The translations under genes were made by a program, and so were the position numbers. Below, in pieces: positions 7,921 through 14,759 of a DNA stretch of 32,000 bases. The notes under the pieces are model-generated. The model saw only the letters and a list, made by a program, of their open reading frames with translations, made no database searches and was not told the DNA's origin. The number at the start of each line of letters is the position of its first letter. Position 1 is the stretch's first letter. This stretch comes from Candidatus Omnitrophota bacterium. Lineage in GTDB: Bacteria > Omnitrophota > Gorgyraeia > Zapsychrales > JANLHA01. The stretch lies in assembly GCA_963662715.1 (NCBI GenBank), contig OY759724.1, forward strand, positions 1,590,001 through 1,622,000, written 5' to 3'.

Positions 7921-9318
7921 ATGGAGTATAAAAGTTTTGTTTGCAAAAACAATGCGTGGCAGGTCTTTAGGGCTTTTTCAAAACAGCCGCATGCTTTTCT
8001 TCTGGAAAGCAGTTTGCGGGAACCGCATTTAGGCCGGTATTCCATGATGGGGTGCCAGCCGTTTGAATTCTTTTCATCCTCAAGCAGGAATGCCTTACAG
8101 GACTTGAAAGACCGTTATAACATCTATGCCCGGGATTCTCGTCAGCCCGGAACATTACCCTTCACTGCCGGGATAACAGGATATATCAGTTATGACTACG
8201 GCCGGACATTGGAAAAGATCTCTTCTCAGTGGCCGGGGACCGGCATCCCGGACGTCTGTTTCGGTTTTTATGATTGCGTGGTCCTCTTGGATCATTTAGC
8301 CGGCAGACTTTATGTGGTATCCAGCGGTTTTCCGGAGAGAGTGCCGTCTCTGAGGGCCAAACGGGCCCGGGAGCGTTTAAAAGCCATGACCGCGTTATTG
8401 CGGCAAACAGAAATTTCCCCGGGCCGGGAAAGACAGCCGCCGGGACAGTTTTTCCCCTCTCCCTCCGGGGTGAAACTGGAGAGGGAAATGACGTCGTGCC
8501 AGTACCAGAAAAGCGTCAAGCGGGCTCTGGATTATATCCGTAAAGGCGATATTTATCAGGTGAACCTGTCGCAGCGGTTTTTTGTTAACGGGAAAATGCG
8601 CCGTGCCTTGCCGGAAGCCCTGCCGTTATACGAAAAGCTGCGTGTTTTGTCCCCTTCCTGTTTTAGTGCCTATTTTGACGGGGGGGCTTTTCAGATTGTC
8701 AGCAGTTCTCCGGAGCGTTTCCTGCGGTTAAGGAAGCGGCAGGTTGTCACCCGCCCGATGAAGGGGACACGCGCCCGGGGAAGAACGCGTCAGCAGGACA
8801 GGCAGAACCGGCGGAAACTTCTGGACAGCAAAAAAGAGAAGGCGGAGCTGCTGATGATCACCGATCTTGAGCGGAATGACCTGGGGCGGGTGTGTGAATA
8901 TGGCTCTGTGCGGGTTGATGCCTTAAGAACTCTGGAATCCTATGCGACGGTTTTTCAGGCGACTTCGACGATCAGCGGACGGCTTAAAGATTCCCTGGAC
9001 GGGTTTGACCTTTTACAGGCATGTTTACCGGGGGGCTCCATTACCGGTTGCCCCAAAATACGGGCCATGCAGATTATTGATGAACTTGAAGTTTCCCGCC
9101 GGTCCATTTACACCGGGGTTTTAGGCTACATGGATTTTAACGGGGATTTGGATTTTAATATTCTCATCCGGACGCTTTTAGTCCGGCCCCGGACGATCTC
9201 CTTTCATGTCGGGGCCGGAATTGTTTCAGACTCGAAACCGGAAGCGGAATATGAGGAAACGATCATTAAAGCACAAGCGATGTCCCAGTGTTTGCAGACG
9301 AAAGGATGGCGCCGGTGA
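7921..9318 (+). CDS. pabB: Aminodeoxychorismate synthase component I
   Basis: GGGAG lies 5 nt upstream of the ATG. Chorismate-binding signatures are present (GDIYQVNLSQRF, SSSPERFL, RPMKGTRARG, ITDLERNDLGRV, LPGGSITGCPK, IYTGVLGY). The Lys in PMKGT is the PabB-type residue (Ala in TrpE). pabC lies immediately downstream. Confidence 0.85.
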   Translation: MEYKSFVCKNNAWQVFRAFSKQPHAFLLESSLREPHLGRYSMMGCQPFEFFSSSSRNALQDLKDRYNIYARDSRQPGTLPFTAGITGYISYDYGRTLEKISSQWPGTGIPDVCFGFYDCVVLLDHLAGRLYVVSSGFPERVPSLRAKRARERLKAMTALLRQTEISPGRERQPPGQFFPSPSGVKLEREMTSCQYQKSVKRALDYIRKGDIYQVNLSQRFFVNGKMRRALPEALPLYEKLRVLSPSCFSAYFDGGAFQIVSSSPERFLRLRKRQVVTRPMKGTRARGRTRQQDRQNRRKLLDSKKEKAELLMITDLERNDLGRVCEYGSVRVDALRTLESYATVFQATSTISGRLKDSLDGFDLLQACLPGGSITGCPKIRAMQIIDELEVSRRSIYTGVLGYMDFNGDLDFNILIRTLLVRPRTISFHVGAGIVSDSKPEAEYEETIIKAQAMSQCLQTKGWRR

Positions 9319-9332
9319 ACCGGAGAAAGACT

Positions 9333-10148
9333 ATGTATATGGTCCTGGATGATGTTGTCCTGAACGTTGATGAGGATGCCCTTCGGGAATTCACTCCGGG
9401 CTTAATGAAGGCCAGGGGCGTTTTTGAAACGCTCCGCGTCACGCAGGGGAAGGCCCTTTTCTGGAAGGAGCATATTCTCCGTCTTAAAAAAAGTTTGCGC
9501 GCTTTGCAAATGCCTTTCCCGGCTGTGGAGAACATCCTGTCCCGGAGGACGGCCCAGCTGATCGATTTGAATCATATCGATGAAGGGCGGCTGCGGTTGT
9601 CCGTGTGGACAAAACACCGCAAGATTCATTGGGCCGTTTGTACCGCTCCATGGAAAGGGATGTCCCCTCGGAAATGCCTCCGGGGTTTAAAAATGATTAT
9701 TGCTCCTCAAAGGATCGATGAATCCGATCCGGGCGTGTCGCTTAAAATGATGGCTTACCGCCCTTATTATCAGTCTTTTCTGTATGCGCAAACCAACGGT
9801 TATGACGAGGCGCTTCTTCTTAACAGCAAAAAGGAAATCGTCGAGGGAAGCCGGACAAATATTTTTTGGGTTTCGGACGGGCTCCTTTTCACTCCGGCTT
9901 TGAAGACAGGGTGTCTTCCGGGGATCGTCCGGTCGCAGGTTTTGAAAATTGCCCGGCGGAAACACATTCCCTGCCGGACGGTTTGTGCTCAGCGTGAAAT
10001 ATTTTCTAAAGCGGAAGAAGCGTTTTTAACCAATTCATTGTTGGGGATTGTCCCTTTGGCGGAAGTCGGAGGGGTGAGAATCGGCCGGAACAAGAAAAAG
10101 GGAATCACGGGAATCCTGGAAAACGCTTACCGGAAACTTGGGGGTTGA
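9333..10148 (+). CDS. pabC: Aminodeoxychorismate lyase (class IV PLP aminotransferase fold)
   Basis: I prefer the ATG at 9333, which has GGAG 7 nt upstream, over the GTG at 9288. RGVFETLRV, EGSRTNIF, LPGIVR and AFLTNSLLGIVPL are class-IV fold motifs. It is adjacent to pabB. Confidence 0.75.
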   Translation: MYMVLDDVVLNVDEDALREFTPGLMKARGVFETLRVTQGKALFWKEHILRLKKSLRALQMPFPAVENILSRRTAQLIDLNHIDEGRLRLSVWTKHRKIHWAVCTAPWKGMSPRKCLRGLKMIIAPQRIDESDPGVSLKMMAYRPYYQSFLYAQTNGYDEALLLNSKKEIVEGSRTNIFWVSDGLLFTPALKTGCLPGIVRSQVLKIARRKHIPCRTVCAQREIFSKAEEAFLTNSLLGIVPLAEVGGVRIGRNKKKGITGILENAYRKLGG

Positions 10149-10306
10149 AACTTTTTTCGTCAGGCCGTGAAAGACCGTTTTTTTTTTCTGCGCAGACCAG
10201 CCGGGAAGAATGTCTCCGGTCATCCCCCATGCCTTTGTTTATTCGCCGCAAGATGGGAGGCGGGAAGCTTTATGAAACTATCCTTAAGAAAATGATAAGT
10301 TTATGA

Positions 10307-10335
10307 TTGCTCTCATAATGCGAACTCAGTATAAT
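10307..10335 (+). promoter_or_regulatory. Sigma70-type promoter TTGCTC-17 nt-TATAAT, ending 7 nt before the ATG at 10343
   Basis: Hexamers and spacer read directly from the sequence. There is no Shine-Dalgarno between the -10 and the start codon. Confidence 0.45.
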
Positions 10336-10342
10336 TAAAATC

Positions 10343-11368
10343 ATGAAAAAATATATCTGGATGATATGTCTTTTGATCTTGGGAGTTCCTTTGCGGCCGG
10401 CATTTTGTCAGGAGGAGGACACGTCATATGCCGCCGATGACGGTGGCGGGGGGGCGAAAGTCTGGCAGGAATCTGTGGGATCATTAAGAAGACAAACCGA
10501 AGCCTTGCTGGACCGTAACAGGGAATTAAACGGAGAATATACATCCTTGCAGGAAAAAATCACGAATATTCAGATTAACATGAAGCAGATGAAAATCGAT
10601 ATTGAGAATTACCGTCAGGAAAATAAACAGTTGCAGGAGGCCCAGGAAAAGAATGCCCGGGAACAGAGAGAACTGGAAAAAAAGTTTTTGCAGGATCAGA
10701 AAGTTATTGAGCCCTTGGAGACACAAAATTCCGATTTAAAAAAGGAATGGATGGACGTCAAAAAGGAGACGGAGAAATGGCGGGAACGCGTTGCGGACCT
10801 TGAGCAGGAAAAACAGGAGTTGATCAGACAATTAAAAATGCGGGAAGAGTCTAAGGACGATATGTCGGGGGCCTTGGATGATGAGATAAAAAAATTGGAC
10901 AGTATTTTAGCAGGCTATGAAGACGAAGAAGCGCTTTTGGATCTGGAGAAGCAGTCGTATGACAAAGAAGAGGAAGAAATCGCCCGCATTAATGCCATGT
11001 TGGAAGGAGATATTGAAGATCTTGAATCTGAAGGGGATCAGCTGAAAGCTGAGATATCCGGGCAGAAAGAAGAGATCGCTCAAATCAAGCAGCCTAAAAA
11101 AGATGTCCGGATTTCTCCGGAAATGATTAAAGAGAAGAAAAGGCTTGAGGCTCATCTCGGTCAGTTGGAAAGTCAGCTGGAATCGATCAAAAAATCCGTA
11201 GAGGAAACGTCTTTGATTTTGGAAAAGAAACGCGCCTTGATGGATAAAATTATGGCCATAGATTCTGAGAACCGTGAATTAAGGGCGCAGGTCTCGGATT
11301 TAATGGATCAATTAAAAGACCTGAAACAGGAATCCCCTTCTGCGGATGCTGATCCTGACGTGAAGTGA
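10343..11368 (+). CDS. Secreted/periplasmic coiled-coil protein, function unknown
   Basis: N-terminal signal-like MKKYIWMICLLILGVPLRPAFCQEE, followed by ~300 aa of E/K/Q/L-rich heptad-like sequence. Confidence 0.7.
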   Translation: MKKYIWMICLLILGVPLRPAFCQEEDTSYAADDGGGGAKVWQESVGSLRRQTEALLDRNRELNGEYTSLQEKITNIQINMKQMKIDIENYRQENKQLQEAQEKNAREQRELEKKFLQDQKVIEPLETQNSDLKKEWMDVKKETEKWRERVADLEQEKQELIRQLKMREESKDDMSGALDDEIKKLDSILAGYEDEEALLDLEKQSYDKEEEEIARINAMLEGDIEDLESEGDQLKAEISGQKEEIAQIKQPKKDVRISPEMIKEKKRLEAHLGQLESQLESIKKSVEETSLILEKKRALMDKIMAIDSENRELRAQVSDLMDQLKDLKQESPSADADPDVK

Positions 11369-11530
11369 AGGCCCGATAATCTTTCCTGATTCACTCCCTT
11401 CCCGGATTAAGGTGTTCGTCGTCAAAACTGCCTGCGGGGCTTTCCGCAATAAATCATTAGAACAATTATTAATATTGATATATAATTTTAACCATATTCT
11501 TTGTTAGAAATATTACAGAAGGGATTTTTT

Positions 11531-12016
11531 ATGGACGAGATATTGGAAATATTATCAAATGATGCCAGGGTTACGCCGGAAGAAATCGCTAAAATGACAG
11601 GGCAGGACCTCGCAGCCGTAAAGAAAAAAATCAAGAAATACGAGAAAGACGGGACCATCGTCAGGTATAAGGCGATCATTAACCAGGAGCTGGCCTGCGA
11701 TGCCAATACTTTTGTCCGGGCTTTGATAGAAGTGAGCATCGATCCTCAAAGGGACGTCGGCTTTGATAACGTTGCGGAACGTATTTACAATTTTTCGGAA
11801 GTGAGCAGCTGTTATCTGGTTTCCGGGACATATGATCTTTTGGTTATCGTTGAAGGGAAGAATTTGCAGGCGGTTTCAAATTTTATCGCTTCAAAACTGG
11901 CTCCTTTGGCGCATGTCAGAAGCACCACAACGCATTTTCTGTTAAAGAAATACAAAGAGGACGGGCATATATTTAAGAAAGCCAAAGCACAAAAGAGGTT
12001 GAATATTTCCTATTGA
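11531..12016 (+). CDS. Lrp/AsnC-family transcriptional regulator (alaR-like by context)
   Basis: ATG at 11531 with GAAGGGA upstream; the track start at 11501 is TTG. An N-terminal HTH (ILSNDARVTPEEIAKMTG...VKKKIKKYEKDGTI) is followed by a RAM/AsnC_trans_reg domain (ALIEV......V.....E.I.....V..CY.VSGTYD). Confidence 0.85.
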   Translation: MDEILEILSNDARVTPEEIAKMTGQDLAAVKKKIKKYEKDGTIVRYKAIINQELACDANTFVRALIEVSIDPQRDVGFDNVAERIYNFSEVSSCYLVSGTYDLLVIVEGKNLQAVSNFIASKLAPLAHVRSTTTHFLLKKYKEDGHIFKKAKAQKRLNISY

Positions 12017-12056
12017 TAATTTTATTGTTTATCTTCGAAACAGCAGAGAGAAAAAA

Positions 12057-13217
12057 ATGAATGCAAGAATTTCTAAGACAGTCGAACATTTGGCCCCTTC
12101 CGGGATCAGAGCCTTTTTTGACCTGGTCCTGAATATGAAGGATGTTATCTCCTTAGGGGTCGGTGAACCGGATTTTGTTACGCCCTGGCGTATCAGGGAG
12201 AAAGCTATCTCTTCCCTGGAAGAAGGGTTTACGTCATACACGTCCAACAAGGGGATGATCGGGCTCCGGCGGGAAATTGCCCGGTTTTTATCAGCCCGTT
12301 ACGGAATTCATTATGACCCGGAGGACGAGATTCTCATTACAGTCGGCGTGTCAGAAGGCGTTGACCTGGCTGTCCGTGCCATTTTGAACCCCGGTGAGAA
12401 AGTTCTGGTTCCGGAACCCGCTTATGTCTCCTACGGCCCTGTTGTTGAACTGGCGGGGGGGAAGCCGGTGTATCTGAAAACCAGTCTTGAGCACGGCTTT
12501 AAATTGTCGGCACAGCTTATTGAGCAGGCTTGTGCGAACGGCCGGGTGAAAGCCCTGCTGATCAATTATCCGGCCAACCCGACCGGAGCTTCTTATACCC
12601 GCCGGGAATTATCGGCCATCGCTGCTGTTGTTAAAAAACATGATCTGCTTGTGATCAGCGATGAAGTTTATGATGAGCTGACGTATGATTTTGATCATAC
12701 GCCCCTGTCCTCTTTGCCGGGGATGAAGGGGCGGGTCATCTACTTGAACGGCTTTTCCAAGGCTTACGCTATGACGGGGTTCCGTCTGGGCTGGGCAAGC
12801 GGCCCCGCGGATTTGGTCGGGGCGATGACGAAAATCCATCAATACACGATGTTATGCGCTTCTATCACAGCGCAGATGGCGGGAGGAGAGGCCCTAAAAC
12901 ACGGCATGCGATCCGTTCAGGAGATGAAACGGGAGTATGACCGTCGCCGGCGTTTTATCGTTGATGCTTTGAACGATATCGGCTTAAGCTGTCACTTGCC
13001 TCAGGGGGCATTTTATGTTTTTCCTTCCATAGAAAAAACCCGGCAGTCTTCCTTGGATTTTGCCCAGGGGCTTTTGAAAAAGAAAAAAGTTGCGCTTGTC
13101 CCGGGGACGGCTTTCGGTCCTTCGTGCGACAATTTTGTGCGTATTTCCTATGCTTCGAGTTATGACAATCTTAAAGAAGCTGTACGCCGGATAAACGAAT
13201 ACGTTCAGACACTGTAA
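12057..13217 (+). CDS. Class I/II PLP-dependent aminotransferase (AspC/AlaT-like)
   Basis: Supporting motifs are LGVGEPDF, NYPANPTG and the PLP-lysine motif NGFSKAYAMTGFRLGW. Pairing with an upstream Lrp-family regulator mirrors the Bacillus subtilis alaR-alaT arrangement. Confidence 0.85.
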   Translation: MNARISKTVEHLAPSGIRAFFDLVLNMKDVISLGVGEPDFVTPWRIREKAISSLEEGFTSYTSNKGMIGLRREIARFLSARYGIHYDPEDEILITVGVSEGVDLAVRAILNPGEKVLVPEPAYVSYGPVVELAGGKPVYLKTSLEHGFKLSAQLIEQACANGRVKALLINYPANPTGASYTRRELSAIAAVVKKHDLLVISDEVYDELTYDFDHTPLSSLPGMKGRVIYLNGFSKAYAMTGFRLGWASGPADLVGAMTKIHQYTMLCASITAQMAGGEALKHGMRSVQEMKREYDRRRRFIVDALNDIGLSCHLPQGAFYVFPSIEKTRQSSLDFAQGLLKKKKVALVPGTAFGPSCDNFVRISYASSYDNLKEAVRRINEYVQTL

Positions 13218-13240
13218 ATTTTTTGTGGGAGATAGCTGTT

Positions 13241-13633
13241 ATGGCGCAAAGTCAGAACGATGATTTGGATTTTCAGATCGCTTTTTATGAAGGGATCCTG
13301 GAAAAAAGTCAGGATTTCCTGCAGGCCCTTATGGCGCTGGGAGACCTTTATACGAAAAAAGGATTGTACGAAAAAGGCTTGAACGTCGACCAGAAATTAG
13401 CCGAGATCCGGCCCAAGGACCCGTTAGTGCTTTATAACCTCGCTTGCAGTTACTCATTGCTGGGACAGGTGGATTTGGCTTATCAAGCCATGAAGCGCGC
13501 GCTGGCCTGCGGTTATAATGATTTTGAATATTTGCTTCAGGATAAAGACCTTGCCAATCTTCTCGCTGATAAGCGTTTTCAGCAGGTGCTTGCCCGGGCC
13601 AGAGGGCAGTCCATGTCTCACGATAAAAAATAA
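13241..13633 (+). CDS. Small TPR-repeat protein
   Basis: ATG at 13241; the track start at 13223 is TTG. TPR-like repeats are present (ALMALGDLYTKKGLYEKGLNVDQKLAEIRPKDPLVLYNLACSYSLLGQVDLAYQAMKRAL). The stop at 13631-13633 lies one base before the next start. Confidence 0.75.
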   Translation: MAQSQNDDLDFQIAFYEGILEKSQDFLQALMALGDLYTKKGLYEKGLNVDQKLAEIRPKDPLVLYNLACSYSLLGQVDLAYQAMKRALACGYNDFEYLLQDKDLANLLADKRFQQVLARARGQSMSHDKK

Positions 13634-13634
13634 T

Positions 13635-14759
13635 ATGACACATTCGGAAGATCAGGGACAACGATACCATCAGGTTAAGAATCAGCTGTTGTATTTGACC
13701 ATAGGGATGGATGTCGTGCTGTTGGTCCTTTGGGTGACGACAGGTCTTTCTGTCTGGCTGGCTCAAATGGCGCAGAGATTCTTTCCCTCGGTATGGATGA
13801 TAAATGCTGTTTATCTGGCAGGGTTTCAGCTGGCTTTTTCCGCTGTCCATTTCCCTTTTGATTTTTTTCTTGATTATTACTGGGAGCATCGATTCGGTTT
13901 GTCCCGTCAGTCATTATCGCAGTGGCTGAAAGATGTGGCGAAGAAATTTTTGTTGAGTTTCGTGTTCATCCTGGTCTTTGTTGAAGCCGTTTATTTCTTC
14001 CTGAGGCATTTTGCCCCTGTCTGGTGGGTGCTGGCCGCGGGGTTTTGGCTCTTGGCCTCTTTATTCCTGGCGCGTATACTGCCGCAGGTCATCATCCCTT
14101 TGTTTTATAAATATATTGAAATCGAAAACCCGTCACTTAAGGAACGGCTGATGTCTCTTTTCCGGAAGTGTGCGGTTCCCCTGCAGGATATTTACGCGAT
14201 CAATATGTCGGAGAAAACCAAGAAAGCCAATGCTTTTATCTGCGGGATCGGCCGTAGCCGGCGGGTTGTCCTGAGCGATACATTGATAAATAATTTTTCT
14301 GAAGAACAGATCGAAACAGTCGTGGCCCATGAATTAGGACACCATAAGAAGAAACATCTTCTTAAACTCATCGCCGTTAATGCCCTCCTTACCTTTGTGG
14401 CCTTCTTTGTCGTTCATCATGTCCTTTCCTGGGGGCTGGGCCGCTGGGGGAATATTCCCCTTGCTGATATTGCCGGGTTCCCTCTTCTGGTTTTGACGCT
14501 TCTTTTGTTCGGTTTTGTGACGACGCCTTTGAGTAACGCCATAAGCCGCGCTTTTGAAATAGAGGCTGATCGTTTCAGCATGCAGCTAACTCAGGAAAAA
14601 GAGCATTTTATCTCCATGCTGCAGAAAATCGGCGAGTTAAACCTTGCCGAGGTCGCCCCCCACTGGTTTAACGAAATGATGTTTCATGACCATCCTCCTT
14701 TGGAGAAAAGAATCAAACTTGCACAAGGGTATGATTATTCCCATGACAGGAACAGATAG
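13635..14759 (+). CDS. Ste24/CAAX-protease-like M48 family zinc metalloprotease (integral membrane)
   Basis: ATG at 13635; the longer track ORF overlaps the TPR gene out of frame. An N-terminal multi-TM module with LDYYWEHRFGLSRQS matches the Peptidase_M48_N type. It has HELGH, a distal EIEADRF and HDHPPLEKRI. Confidence 0.85.
   Translation: MTHSEDQGQRYHQVKNQLLYLTIGMDVVLLVLWVTTGLSVWLAQMAQRFFPSVWMINAVYLAGFQLAFSAVHFPFDFFLDYYWEHRFGLSRQSLSQWLKDVAKKFLLSFVFILVFVEAVYFFLRHFAPVWWVLAAGFWLLASLFLARILPQVIIPLFYKYIEIENPSLKERLMSLFRKCAVPLQDIYAINMSEKTKKANAFICGIGRSRRVVLSDTLINNFSEEQIETVVAHELGHHKKKHLLKLIAVNALLTFVAFFVVHHVLSWGLGRWGNIPLADIAGFPLLVLTLLLFGFVTTPLSNAISRAFEIEADRFSMQLTQEKEHFISMLQKIGELNLAEVAPHWFNEMMFHDHPPLEKRIKLAQGYDYSHDRNR

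Noticed and set aside
7921-9318. Anthranilate synthase component I (TrpE) or isochorismate synthase as the identity of the chorismate-utilising enzyme.
   Set aside because: The PMKGT motif carries the PabB-type Lys. The downstream gene is a class-IV-fold PabC-like lyase, not trpG/trpD.
10178-10187. Run of 10 T residues after pabC, considered as an intrinsic terminator.
   Set aside because: I could find no stable hairpin immediately upstream. It may still aid termination, but it does not meet the stem-plus-T-tract criterion.
13329-13889. 186-aa minus-strand ORF. Similar antisense ORFs occur at 5469..5993, 15487..16047 and 16732..17349.
   Set aside because: All are antisense shadows of plus-strand genes that carry clear catalytic motifs (TPR/M48, YkgJ, M1-Omp85). 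No family signatures are present.
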